DNA of 64,000 nucleotides from positions 17,546,001-17,610,000 of the forward strand of contig OZ024758.1 of NCBI GenBank assembly GCA_964016885.1, read 5' to 3'. A program made the translations under genes and the position numbers. The notes below the pieces were generated by a model that did no database searches, was not told the DNA's origin, and saw only the letters and a program-made list of their open reading frames with translations. Position 1 is the first letter of the stretch; each line of letters begins with the position of its first letter. Positions 1 to 11,764 of this stretch are shown in pieces. The DNA comes from Eledone cirrhosa (lineage: Eukaryota).

Positions 1-278
1 AAATAAATATATATATTTAAAAAAAAATAAGACTCCAGTTGCATTTTCGATTTCATCTTTTTTTCTTTATACTTTCACTCGTGTAGGACACCTCGGTTAT
101 TTTTCATTTTGTAAAAAAACCTCACTTTCTAATATATATATATATTATATGTATTATATATATATATATATATATAAAGGAACGATCGACTTTCGTCAAA
201 TCGGACCGAGGGAACAATGTTTCCGTTGGTCTTTCCAATTGTTAATACTATCTATCAGTCGCAACTCCATATATATAA

Positions 279-457
279 TAATTGTTTCTACTTTTGGCAC
301 AAGGCCAGAAATAACCCCAGTGTATTACTGGTACTTTATTTTATCGACCCCCTAAAGATGAATGGCAAAGTTAACCTCGGCGGGATTTGAACTCAGAATG
401 ACAAGGGCCGTAACTCTATACATCAAAGCCTGGCATCCAAACCTCTACCGATACTGC
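279..457 (-). mobile_element. SINE-A (tRNA-derived SINE)
   Basis: Reverse complement of the family consensus (box A TGGCAGTATCGG, box B GAGTTCAAATCCC, central GCCTTTCATCCTTACGGGGTCGATAAAATAAAGTACCAG, 3' end GTAGAAACAATTAT). Confidence 0.9.
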
Positions 458-460
458 ATG

Positions 461-668
461 GTTTCTTATATGGGCACAAGACCAGCAATTTTGGCGGAGG
501 GGAAAGTCGATTAAATCAACCCCAGTGTGTGACTGGTACTTTATTTTATCGACCCATGTAAGGACGAAAGGCAAAGTTAACCTCGGCAGGATGTGAAATC
601 AGATCATAAAGGGCCGTATCTCTATGCTGCAAAGCATGGCGTCCGATCCTCTACTGATACTGCCAACT
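461..668 (-). mobile_element. SINE-A, long-tail variant
   Basis: Same head and central domain, with the alternative tail segment GGGGAAAGTCGATTAAAT also seen at 20742-20960 and 47500-48172. Confidence 0.85.
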
Positions 669-782
669 CAATAATAATAAAAAGGACGATTTTCTATCTC
701 TTCATTATATTCATTGTGTAAGTCACACACACGTTTCACTATTGATCAGCTCAAGATTTGATCTGTATCAAGCCTGAGTCTA

Positions 783-819
<37 letters not shown>

Positions 820-822
<3 letters not shown>

Positions 823-1094
823 CGGGTGATGTGTTGTTTCCTTGAGCAAGACACTTTATTTCACATTGCTCCAGTTTACTCAGCTGTAGAAATGAGATGA
901 TAGGGACTGGGGTCCCTATCATTCCACTGCAAAGTGGTTGTGGAGGCACCACAGCAAAAAAGCACCCAGCCCACACTGTAAAGTGGACGTGTAGGGCATC
1001 CTGCTGTAGAAATCAAGCCAGAATCAGTTCCCGTCCCACCCTTGCAAGCAGGGAAAAGCGGACGTAAAATGATGATGATGATGATGATGATGAT
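820..1094 (+). mobile_element. SINE-B (CORE-like SINE with RTE tail), 5'-truncated
   Basis: CCTTGAGCAAGACACTTTATTTCACATTGCTCCAGTTTACTCAGCTGTAGAAATG resembles the MIR/CORE domain; ends CCCGTCCCACCCTTGCAAGCAGGGAAAAGCGGACGTAAAA(TGA)n. Confidence 0.88.
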
Positions 1095-1110
1095 ATACAT
1101 ATATATATAT

Positions 1111-1250
1111 GAAAAGGTTCAGGACCCCGGCAGCTGAGCTCCGGCCGTTTCAACAACTCGATCCAAACTGTTCGGATGTGATACCCCTACTATCAAATAA
1201 TCTGGTGCGTTATGGTCCACCTGGTATCGTACCACATCTTCTTTGTTATA
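1111..1250 (+). mobile_element. (TA)n-embedded element, family P2 (putative Penelope-like pLTR remnant)
   Basis: Shares GGACCCC..CAGCTGAGCTC..GCCGTTTC and TGGTGCGTTATGGTCCACCTGG with 17054-17260, 42337-42478 (minus) and 52573-52752. Confidence 0.6.
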
Positions 1251-1277
1251 TATAAATAAATATATATATATATAACA

Positions 1278-1401
1278 TTTAATATAGAAATGGCTTCTAC
1301 AGGACTAAAACTGTTTCATTGAAAAGAAATCTTTAGGAAAGCCTGATGATTTCTTTCGAATTAAATATTTCTAGTCCAGTAGAAGCCATTTCTATATTAA
1401 A
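1278..1401. mobile_element. Fold-back element, family P1, with two back-to-back degenerate hammerhead motifs
   Basis: Arms TTTAATATAGAAATGGCTTCTACAGGACTA / TAGTCCAGTAGAAGCCATTTCTATATTAAA; same family as 33676-33740 and 44225-44313; flanked by (TA)n. Confidence 0.75.
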
Positions 1402-2675
1402 CTTTACATATATATATATATTTGTGTGTGTATGTATGCATGTAAATATATATATATAATACTTTAGAATAAACTACTTTGCATCATAGAACCACGGGCA
1501 CTTTCAGACAGTTTGTATCAAAAGGGTTTAAAAATTGCATTTCCTTTATAAATTAAATAATAGAGTTAGCTTCTAGCTATTCCATTAGGACATCACCTGC
1601 AGTTTTAATGATAACAAAGACAACATTTACATGCTGGGGGTAAATTATGAATTTGTTTGTTTTATGGCAAACACCTAAACTGTAGGTTACTCAGATAATA
1701 TCTAGTAAAGAAAATAGTTTATATACGAAAATTTTTCATATTATAAATTTTATACATACAGAGATGTACTGTATATTATCATCATTTCTTATTCTTAACA
1801 TCAGTAAGATATGCCCACAATGTTACCCCACCCATTACAGGTTTAATAATTAATTATACAAACACTTAGTAATCTGATGATATTTATTATGTAAATATTA
1901 AATAGTGTGAGCATTATCATCACCATTAGGGAAGTGGATTAGCAGTATCAGTAGACCGTTAGACGCCATGCTTTGCAGCATAGAGTAATGGTCATTGACA
2001 TTCTAAGTTCAAAATCCTTTACGTCCTGAGTTCAAATAAAGTACCAGTAATGCACTGGTGTAATTTGTGCCAAAAAGTAGAAACAATTATTAAATTCAAC
2101 GACTGATTAAAGTCTGCCATCCAAGAACAGGTATAATCAATCCAACAGACTTTCGCAGTTACCACCGTTTATCCAGTTCAATTTTATTTATTTCAAAGTT
2201 ACGTCCCTTTACTTTCTGAGTTCAAATCCTGCTGAGGTTAGCTTTGCCTTGCATCCGTACAGGGCCAATAAAATAAAGTACCAGTAATGCACTGGAGTAA
2301 TTTGCTGGCCTTGTGCCAAAAGTAGAAACAATTATCATCACCATTGCTTATATGTGCTGACATCATTATCATCATCATCATCATCAAACATTCATTTTCC
2401 ATGTTGGTATGGGTCTGACAGATGATGATAGTTGAAAACTAGATGGATCAATAACCCACACACATTCAATGATTTGACATGTTTTGTAGTTGAATGCCTC
2501 CCCTAATTCGAACCCTGTTTCAGAGTGAACTAGATAGCTTTTATCATGGCAGCTATGATAGTTACTTTTATCTCTGCTTATGTTTTGAAAATAAAAATAA
2601 TTTCAGAATTTACTGGGAGAGATGAAATCTACATACACTTGACTACTTATATACAACATACGTTATCTTATTTAA

Positions 2676-2977
2676 CCCTTTAGCATTTATATTACTCTAT
2701 ATATACTATTATATTTTCATGGTAAAGGTTTTACCTCACATAATTATCTCACATAATATCGAGACTATGAGATTTAAATATTATTTATTTTGAGAAGAAT
2801 ACCTTAACATCAGTATGAGCAGCCGGTTACAGCCAGTTTAAACAGAAAGAGGTGAGAGAATTCTGGCCGGATATTGCTGGTTTGAATATTGGGTCGTCAA
2901 GTATGAAATGTGTAGAAATTTGTTTTTTTTCTACAAATGTCTCCACATTTCATTCTTGATGACTCAATTCTAAAGGG
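2676..2977 (+). mobile_element. piggyBac-type MITE with an ~80 bp insertion in its right TIR
   Basis: TTAA|CCCTTTAGCATTT...TAAAGGG|TTAA. Confidence 0.85.
2889..2967. mobile_element. ~80 bp miniature Tc1/mariner-like inverted-repeat element
   Basis: TA|TTGGGTCGTCAAGTATGAAATGTG...CACATTTCATTCTTGATGACTCAA interrupting the MITE end. Confidence 0.6.
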
Positions 2978-3724
2978 TTAAGGTTCTAAGCTATTTGTTA
3001 AGTGTTTCGATGAAAACACATTTCTGGTAAGTGAAAAATGTTTTTGTCAAGAATTATATGACACTGAGAAAATTTGTAGTTTAATGTCTTTTTAAAGAAT
3101 TCTCATAACATTTAAGTGATTCGAAGACCGATTTACAGGGATCTGGTAAAAATACTTGGTGTTATGTTTGATAACATATTTAAAACGAAACTAAAAGCTT
3201 TTTAGTCAGATATCAACAATGACACTTTTAAATATTTCACAAACCTTAGAAAACACACGACTGATCTTGAAATTCATGAGAAGTCAAGTATTCAGAGCAT
3301 TCAAAATCCATTATCCAGCATTGTTGTGTCAACTACAAAAAAAAAAATCTTTATCATTCACTACACTCAAGTCATTTGAAAAAAATCGCAAAATGCGCTA
3401 AGTGTGCAAACAATCTAACTTTAAATGAGCTGATCGCAAACATTTTGTGAATGAGGATTGATTTGGAAAACTTTACCCCTTTCGTTACCATATTTATAAT
3501 GAAGAACACTCTATACTAGCGAGACACGGTCACCCGACCAATCTTACCTCAAGTGGGACAACTCCCGTCTAACCCATGCTAGCATGGAAGATAGACATTA
3601 AACGATGATGATGATGAAGACGCTACATAATTTTAAACTAATTTTAAAAACCAATCAAGAGTTAGGAAGGATTTAATAATATAACGAACTTGCTCATTAC
3701 ATTTATGTTTAGAACATAACTTAA

Positions 3725-4140
3725 CCTTTAGCATTTACATTACTCTCTATATATATTATTGTATTTTCATGGTAAACATTTTACCTCACTAATCACCTCA
3801 CATTATATCAGCGGTGGATTGGCAGTATCGGTAGAGGGTTGGATGCCATGATTTGACGCATAGAGTTATGGTCCTTGCCATTCTGAGTTCAAATCCTGCC
3901 GAGGTTAACTTTGCCATTCATCCTTACGGGGTCGATAAAATAAAGTACCAGTAATACACTGGGTAATTGCTGGCTTTGTGCCAAAAGTAGAAACAATTAT
4001 ATCAAATTTATGAGATTTTGATATTATTTATTTTGAGAGCACTACCTTAACATCAGTATGAGTTGCCAGTTTCAGCCAGTTTGAATAGAAAGAGGTGTGA
4101 CAATTCTGGCCAGATATGGCCGGTTTAAATGCTAGAGAGG
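3725..4140 (+). mobile_element. piggyBac-type MITE carrying a nested SINE-A (3810-4000)
   Basis: MITE halves flank a full SINE-A. The MITE sits in the TTAA of another repeat whose empty site (CATAACTTAACAAATGTTCTTAC) is at about 4511-4533. Confidence 0.85.
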
Positions 4141-4189
4141 TAACAAAGGTTCTTACATAAAATTATGAAGGAAGGTTTTTAGGTAAATA

Positions 4190-4412
4190 TACACTGTAAA
4201 GTCCACACTGTAAAGTGTTCGTGTAGGAGTCATGGCAAAAATTACTCTAAATGTGGTTGGTGTTAGGAAGGGCATCCAGATGTTAAAATCTAGCCAGAAA
4301 CAGTTCTGTAAGGGCAGGATACGGTCACCCGACACAACCTGCTTCAAATGGAACAACCCATCTAACCCATGTTAGCATTAAGGTGGACATTAAATGACGA
4401 TGATGATGATGA
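4190..4412 (+). mobile_element. Non-autonomous RTE-derived element
   Basis: GGTTGGTGTTAGGAAGGGCATCCAG motif plus CCCATG..AGCAT..GGACATTAAATGACGATGATG tail; relatives at about 3520-3618, 9000-9270, 24050-24295, 43828-43982, 44690-44950, 45790-45980 (minus) and 56030-56208. Confidence 0.7.
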
Positions 4413-4998
4413 TACAGTCTCTATAATTTTCAACTAATTTTAAAAACCAATCTAGAATTTGGAGAGATTTAACATTATAACTAACTCCCTTATTAAGCTG
4501 ATGTTTGGAACATAACTTAACAAATGTTCTTACATAAAATTATGATGGAATATTTTTAGATAAATATAAGCACTTTAAAATGAAAAGCTTTATATCATAG
4601 AATCAGTGGGAATTTCAGGCATTTTGATATCAAAATTGTTAAGATGCAAATATTTGATTTACAAGAGTTTAACGGCAAATATTTGTGGAGGGGAATTGGA
4701 AAACATTGAAAGAGATTGGTTAGTGACAAGAATAGCTCTGAAAAACATAGAAAATGAGGTTCAGAAGCAGAAATTTTTATTTTGGGAATTTTTGCCTATT
4801 ATTGAGTGTCTAAATCAATCAACTGCATGTATATAGTTTAGAAGAGATACCCCGTATTCTTGAATATTGTAAGACATGACAAAATGTATTGACACCAAAA
4901 ATGGCATTCCCATGTAAATCATTGCCTTTAAAAAAATCTTTTAATGTATATGAAGCCTAATATGGGATCTACTCAGTCAACCCATACTTTAGTAGGGA

Positions 4999-5215
4999 GA
5001 GTGCCAAGAAATCTCAGTAGAAGGAAGACGCAGTCGAGGAAGACCAAGAAAAACATGGGCGAAGGGGGTGAGAGCAGACCTCAGATCGCTGAAGCTCACA
5101 GAGGAGACGAAAAAGAACCGTGATGAATGGAGAGATGCCGTTCTTAATAAGACCTGTCCCAACCTTGCAAGCAGAGAAAAGTGGACGTTAAATGATGATG
5201 ATGATGATGATGATG
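4999..5215 (+). mobile_element. RTE LINE 3' fragment
   Basis: Homologous to 43170-43380 (CQE.PVEGRR.RGRPRKTW) with (TGA)n tail. Confidence 0.85.
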
Positions 5216-5226
5216 AATTACCTTAA

Positions 5227-5634
5227 CTCTTTATTACTCTATATTTACTATTATATTTCCACAGTATAAGCTAAACCTCACATAATTATCACATATAATA
5301 TTGAATCTACAAGATTTTGATATTATTTATTTTGAGAATTGTTCGTTAATGCCAGTATTTGTGGCTTGTTATAGCCGGTTTGAACAGAAAGAGGTGAGAG
5401 AACTCTGGGCAGATATGACTGGTTTAACCCTTTAGCATTTACATTACTCTATATTTACTATTATATATTCACAGTAAAGGCTTTACCTCACATAATTACC
5501 TCACATAATATAGAATCAATGAGATCTTGATATTCATTTTGAGAACAATACCTTAATGTCAGTGTTACAGCCAGTTTGAACAGAAAGAGGTGAGATAACT
5601 CTGGCCGGATATGGCTGGTTTAAATGCTAAAGGG
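5227..5634 (+). mobile_element. Two piggyBac-type MITEs, the second (5428-5634) inserted in the TTAA of the first one's right end
   Basis: GGTTTAA|CCCTTTAGCATTT junction; residual AATGCT of the first TIR follows the second element. Confidence 0.8.
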
Positions 5635-5849
5635 CTAAAATGCTTGTTTTTGTTGTTCATTGTTTAAATCAGTGATTGCCAAAGTGAGCAATACTGCCTG
5701 CTTAGAGGAACTAGAAGACTGTAAAGAGATAGCAGAAATAAAGGTTGCTACTGAAGGTGTTGGAAGGCAATGGGTTATGTGTCAGGAAAGGGGCTGCATT
5801 ACAGTCTGTTTTATAAAAGGTGATTATCATTATCACATTATCTGTTTAA

Positions 5850-6070
5850 CCCTTTAGCATTTACATTACTCGATATATACTATTGTATTGTTATGGTAAA
5901 GGCTTTACCTCACATAATTATCTCACAAAATATCGAATGTACGAGATTTTGATATTATTTATTTTGAGAACAATACCTTAACATTGGTAAGAGTGGCCAG
6001 TTACGGGCGATCTGAACAGAAAGAGGTGAGAGAATTCTGCCTAGATATGGCTGGTTTAAATGCTAAAGGG
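5850..6070 (+). mobile_element. piggyBac-type MITE, intact 221 bp reference copy
   Basis: TTAA target duplication and perfect TIR CCCTTTAGCATTTA / TAAATGCTAAAGGG. Confidence 0.92.
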
Positions 6071-6246
6071 TTAAAATTACTACTGGTAATCACCTTTTAT
6101 AGATCAGAATATAATCAGCCTCTTTCCTGCTGTTTTAAATATAAGTCACCAGTACAATTCAATGACATGATGACTTTAGTTCACCTTAGTTCAGTCTACT
6201 CTGATACAAGCATTCAGTGTGAGTTATAGTTAGATTGCTTGTTTAA

Positions 6247-6659
6247 CCCTTTAGCATTTACCTTATCCTATATCTACTATTGTATTTTCATGGTAAACAC
6301 TTCACCTCACACAATTATCTCACATAATATTGAATCTACAAGATTTTGATAATATTTATTTTGAGAACAATACCTTAACTTCTGTCTGCTGAGGCCATGG
6401 GGCGGCCAGCACGTGGACCCCATTTGCTCATAATACAAAGAGATGGAGAGGGCGAGAGAGATGGAGACGATGACAGTGGGAGTTTAGCTCTTTCGTATTC
6501 GGACACATTTATCAATTATATGTTACTGTTTATATAAGAACCTTATTGACTTACAATAAAACAAAGGTATATGCGGTATAAGCAGCTAGTTATAGCTGGT
6601 TTGAACAGAAAGAAGGGAGAGAATTCTGGCCGGATACTGCTAGTTTAAATGCGATAGGG
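6247..6659 (+). mobile_element. piggyBac-type MITE with an ~195 bp unrelated insertion (about 6380-6575)
   Basis: MITE consensus on both sides of a GC-richer insert. Confidence 0.8.
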
Positions 6660-6954
6660 TCAAGGTTACTTTTATGCTTCATTCTCACCAATATTAGAGA
6701 CTCTAAATGTAGACATGGGCACTGATGTCCCTTCCATGTCTAAACAGTAACAAAATAAAGAAGACTGGTGTGGTCAACTTTACCTGTCATCCTTCCACAG
6801 GCATGTGCGTGTGTGCATGCACATGTGCATATAGTTTGATATAAAAAATGAGCAGAGGGTGATAAATATCATAAAAAATCAATGAAGGTGTGGAGAGAGA
6901 AAATAATGTGAATATAAGCATATATATATATGTATATATCTATATATATACATT

Positions 6955-6991
<37 letters not shown>

Positions 6992-6994
<3 letters not shown>

Positions 6995-7259
6995 TGACGA
7001 AACATAAGTCAATTGCATGAACTCATAATCCTTTATTTACTGCTATATATATTTCGATGATAGCCATTGAATGGCTATGACCTCATCAGGCAGTCAGTCA
7101 GTTCTTAGATATGCCAGCTCTGTGTGTATAGTGTTGATGGTATCAGAGCCTTGGGACGTATGAGCTTGTTAGGAATATTTTGATGTTGTCAGCAGGAATA
7201 GTCTTGATTCTCATTGGTCACTTTGTAGATGGTAGTAGGTTGGTATTTGACCTCAAAGA

Positions 7260-7262
<3 letters not shown>
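6992..7262 (-). mobile_element. (TA)n-embedded element, family P3 (putative Penelope-like pLTR)
   Basis: Second copy at 18631-18780; contains a hammerhead motif followed by AATAAA. Confidence 0.7.
7039..7094 (-). ncRNA. Minimal type I hammerhead ribozyme motif (family P3)
   Basis: Minus strand reads ACTGC-CTGATGA-GGTCATAGCCA ttcaa TGGCTATCATC-GAAA-TATATATA-GCAGT: stem I, intact core, G-C closed stem II, palindromic stem III. Confidence 0.8.
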
Positions 7263-7316
<54 letters not shown>

Positions 7317-7575
7317 GCGTGTGTATACGGTAGCATGGAAGATTGGATGTAAAACGGTGATGATGATATATATATATATATATATATATGTGTATGTGTG
7401 TATTTACATATATGTATATATCTATATATACATTGGTATATGTATATGCAAGCATGGAAGAATGGACATAAAACAGTGATGATGATATATATATGTGTGT
7501 GTGTGTGAGAGTGTATGTGTATATGTCTATATATATATATATAAGTATGTGTATATATATATGTGTGTGTGTGTC

Positions 7576-7609
<34 letters not shown>

Positions 7610-7775
7610 CTCACACATAGACACTATGACAGGTTTCATACATTATATTTGACAACACTTTCATACAGGGAACGATGCCAGTATAAACATTTATATTTAT
7701 ACAGTCGATTGTATAGCCAACTAACTCTTGCCTTTTTCTTTTTCCTTTCTACTCTACCATATACATTTTCTTTAA

Positions 7776-7995
7776 CTCTTTAGCATTCACATTACTCTAT
7801 ATCTACTATTATATTTTCATGGTAAAGGCTTTACCTCGCATAATTATCTCATATAATATCGAATCTATGAGATTTTGAAAGTATTTATTTTGAGAACAAT
7901 ACCTTAATATCAGTTTGAGTGACCAGTTACAGCCAGTTTCAACAGAAAGTGGTTAAGAATTCTGGCCGGTTTTGGCCGGTTTGAACACTAAAGGG
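7776..7995 (+). mobile_element. piggyBac-type MITE
   Basis: TTAA flanks and family consensus. Confidence 0.88.
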
Positions 7996-8126
7996 TTAAA
8001 TCTATTCCCTAGTTATATATCTTTGTATTCCCAAGATATGTAAAACAACACATATGAGCAGGCATACACAAATACACGTGTGTTTGACAACTCATAAAAA
8101 ATTAAAACACGCATATGCATACTGTA

Positions 8127-8447
8127 TCATCATCATCATCATCATCATCATTTCATTTTACGTCCGCTTTTTCCCTGCTTGCAAGGGTGGGACGGGAACT
8201 GATTCTGGTTTGATTTCTACAGCTGGATGCCCTTCCTAACACCAACCTCATTTATAGTGAGTGCTGGGTGCTTTTTTGCCATGGCACCTGAACGACCACT
8301 TTGCAGTGGAATGATATGGACCCCAGTCCCTATCATCTCATTTCTACAGCTGAGTAAACTGGAGCAATGTGAAATAAAGTGTCTTGCTCAAGGAAACAAC
8401 ACATCCCCGGTCTGAGAATTGAACTCACAACCTTTCGATTGCAAGGC
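8127..8447 (-). mobile_element. SINE-B
   Basis: Reverse complement of 19183-19513. Confidence 0.9.
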
Positions 8448-8499
8448 CTGTATCTATGTATGTATATATATATATATATATATATACATCTAAAAAGTC

Positions 8500-8745
8500 T
8501 AAAGTCTTTCTTAAGCCAGAAGGCTCATTAGTTAGTGCTTATCCCGGTTTCATGGCGTGAAGCAACTGAGAGGACAAGACTCCCCCCTGGACAGGGCGAC
8601 AGTCCATTGCAGGGTTAAACGCCCAGCTATTGCTGGTGCTCATTTTCAGCTGAGTATACTGGAGCAATGTGAGATGAAGTGTTTTACTCAAGAACACAAC
8701 ACACAGCCCTAGTGGTAAGTCCAATACTCTTACCACTAGGCCATG
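8500..8745 (-). mobile_element. tRNA/CORE-like SINE with a different (V-domain-like) body
   Basis: Minus strand: TGGCCTAGTGG head, CORE-like segment, then CCCTGCAATGGACTGTCGCCCTGTCCAGGGG...GAAACCGGGATAAGC. The V-domain label is from recall. Confidence 0.65.
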
Positions 8746-10058
8746 ATGTATATACATACAAATATGTATATATATGTGTGTTGTAGAGCACTAGAAGTCG
8801 ATGGAAGCTGTGGAGTGGGGAGACCCAAGAAGACCTGGGATGAGGGATGAAAACTGACCTTACTCAATTGCACCTCTCAAAGGTGATGACACAGGACCGT
8901 GACCTCTGGCATCACGCAGTAATACAGAAGACCCGTGCAAGCTGAAGTGCAAGCTGAAGCTGAAGCATATAGACAATATGCCCCACGCTTCTCCCACTAC
9001 AAATTGGTCGTGGAGGTGCCACAGCAAAAAAGTACCCAGCCCACACTGTAAAGAGAACATGTAGCTGCCATGGCAAAAAAGCAACCTGCACTCACTGTAA
9101 ATAAGGTTGGTGTTTGGAAGGGCACCCAGCTGTAAAAATCAAGCCAAAATCAGTTCCTGTATGAGCAAGACAAGGTCAGTCAACTTGGCAATGCCCACAA
9201 CAGGACAACCTGTCTAATCCATGCTAGCATGGAAGAATGGACATAGAATGGTGATGATGATGATGATGATATGTATACACAACCCAACCCAGATGAATTA
9301 TTCAATTATCCTTCACTTGCAAGGCATAAACAATGAACTCATATGATAAATAATCATTCTGGGTCAACGATCCGAGAGGCAGAATCGTGTATAGAGCCCA
9401 CCAGGTCCAGTAGTGCCCTTCATCACTGATGGTCCTGTGCCAACTTCCTCTGCATCCTCCAGTGTGACATCAAGCCTCTGGAGACCTTCCTTAATCACAT
9501 CTTGCTATCTAGTCTTGAGTGTATGCCATGATGTCTCTTCCAGCCCACACCTGCTGTGTTAAATGAAAGTTATTTGACTAAATTCCAGAAAATTCTTATT
9601 CATTTTCAAAATATGCCTCATTAGAAATAAGGTAACGAAAGAGTTAAGAGAAAAATTCATCTTTCTTTGTTAGCAGGGAAAGTGATGGCAAACATGTTTC
9701 AGTTTCATTGGACCTCAACAGCAAAGCATAAACAACATAAACCAGTTCAATCAAATGCAATTAGATCTGTACAACATTGATTTACCTGAATCCATGCCAT
9801 CGGTATATTTTAGTTTGTTCCCATAGAAAAATATTGATTTTTAATGCAAGTTACAGCTGCTGAAAATTATCAATAAACTCGATTATTTATCAAGCAGGTT
9901 CATATAATCTATAATTCGCTAATAGGATCCAATAAAAAAATTTTCCAGTGTCCATGTCTGTCATTATTCCGAGGCACCAAGATAAGATTCTCTCATAAAA
10001 CTTTTGATACCAAACTACCTGAACGTACTCTAGTTTTATAATACAAACTTTATTTTAA

Positions 10059-10480
10059 CCCTTTAGCATTCACATTTCTCTATATTTACTATTGTATTTT
10101 TGCAATAGAGGATTTATCTCACATAATCTAAAATCTAGTGAGATTTTGATGACATTGTTTATTTTGAGAATGATATCTTAACACTGATATGAGTGGCTGG
10201 ATATGGCCAGTTTGATCAGTAAAAGGGGAGATAATTTTGGCTGGGTGTGGCCAGTTTAACTCTTTAGTATTTAAACTAGCTGTATCCATCCAGAATTTCA
10301 TCACCTCTTTCTGTACAAACTGGCCGTAACTGGCCGTTCATACTGACGTTAAGGTATTGTTCTCAATATAAATAACATAAACATCTCATAGATTCGATAT
10401 TATGTGAGATAATTATGTATGATAAATCCTTTAGCAGCGAAATAGAACCATATATATTGAGTAATGTAAATGCTGAAGGG
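10059..10480. mobile_element. Two piggyBac-type MITEs in opposite orientation, the second (10260-10480) nested in the first one's TIR TTAA
   Basis: CCAGTTTAA|CTCTTTAG...GAAGGG|TTAAATGATTAAAGAG. Confidence 0.8.
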
Positions 10481-10889
10481 TTAAATGATTAAAGAGTTTA
10501 TATATATCACATTATATAAATGTCCCTTTGTTAAGTTATATTCCAAACACAAACTTAATAAAGATAAATTTAGTTATATTGCTAACTCTTAATTATTTTA
10601 TTTAGTTATATTGCTAAAGTTCACAGTTATTTTCGAAATTATTTGAAAAATCATAGTGACAGTTGTTTTAATTAGAAATATAGTAATGAAAGGGTTAAGC
10701 ACGAGAATAAGATTTTTGTAATTAATTCTTGATTTATTCAATTTAACTTCTATTTTATTTGTGTGGAGCTCATGATGGTGTAGGTAATTTGTATTCATTT
10801 TTCCCAGTTGAGGGAAGTATTTCAAATAATTGAGAATTGTGTTTTCATATATCAATCAGTACATTCATACATACTTGATTCTTATATTT

Positions 10890-10900
10890 ATATATGCGTA

Positions 10901-10931
<31 letters not shown>

Positions 10932-11065
10932 GTGCATTTATATACATGTGAGTATGTATATGTTTATATATATCTGTAAGTATTTATACATAGACTCACA
11001 GACTGAGAAATATAGAGAGGAGAACAAACACGTGTATATATATATATATATAAATACATACACAC

Positions 11066-11150
<85 letters not shown>

Positions 11151-11183
11151 TATATAAAAATACATATATATATATATAAATAC

Positions 11184-11226
<43 letters not shown>

Positions 11227-11623
11227 CATATATATATAAAAATACATATATATATATATGTATAAATACATATATATATATATATGTGTAAATACATATA
11301 TATATATATGTATAAATACATATATATATATATATGTATAAATACATATATATATATACATATATATATATATACATATATATGTATAAATATATATATA
11401 AATGCATACATATGTATATATAAATATATATACGTATATAAATACATATACATATACATATGTGTATATATAAATATATATACGTATATAAATACATATA
11501 TATATACATGTGTATATATAAATATATATACGTATATAAATACATATATATATACATGTGTATATATAAATATATATATATAAATGCATACATATGTATA
11601 TATAAATATATATACGTATATAA

Positions 11624-11658
<35 letters not shown>

Positions 11659-11663
11659 AATAC

Positions 11664-11700
<37 letters not shown>

Positions 11701-11729
11701 CATACATATATATATATATATAAATGCAT

Positions 11730-11764
<35 letters not shown>

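Noticed and set aside
6380-6575. Solo LTR inside a MITE
   Set aside because: It is single-copy here with no clear TG...CA ends or TSD.
7100-7262. GIY-YIG endonuclease C-terminus upstream of the P3 hammerhead
   Set aside because: The resemblance is vague and needs stops and frameshifts; a translated search is required.
8227-8415. Recurrent small ORF family (...LQLSKLEQCEIKCLAQGNNTSP...)
   Set aside because: It is an antisense translation of SINE-B with variable frameshifts.
9680-9730. Minus-strand CTGTTGA...GAAACATGTT
   Set aside because: The core is mutated and there is no clear stem I; it may be a relic but cannot be supported.
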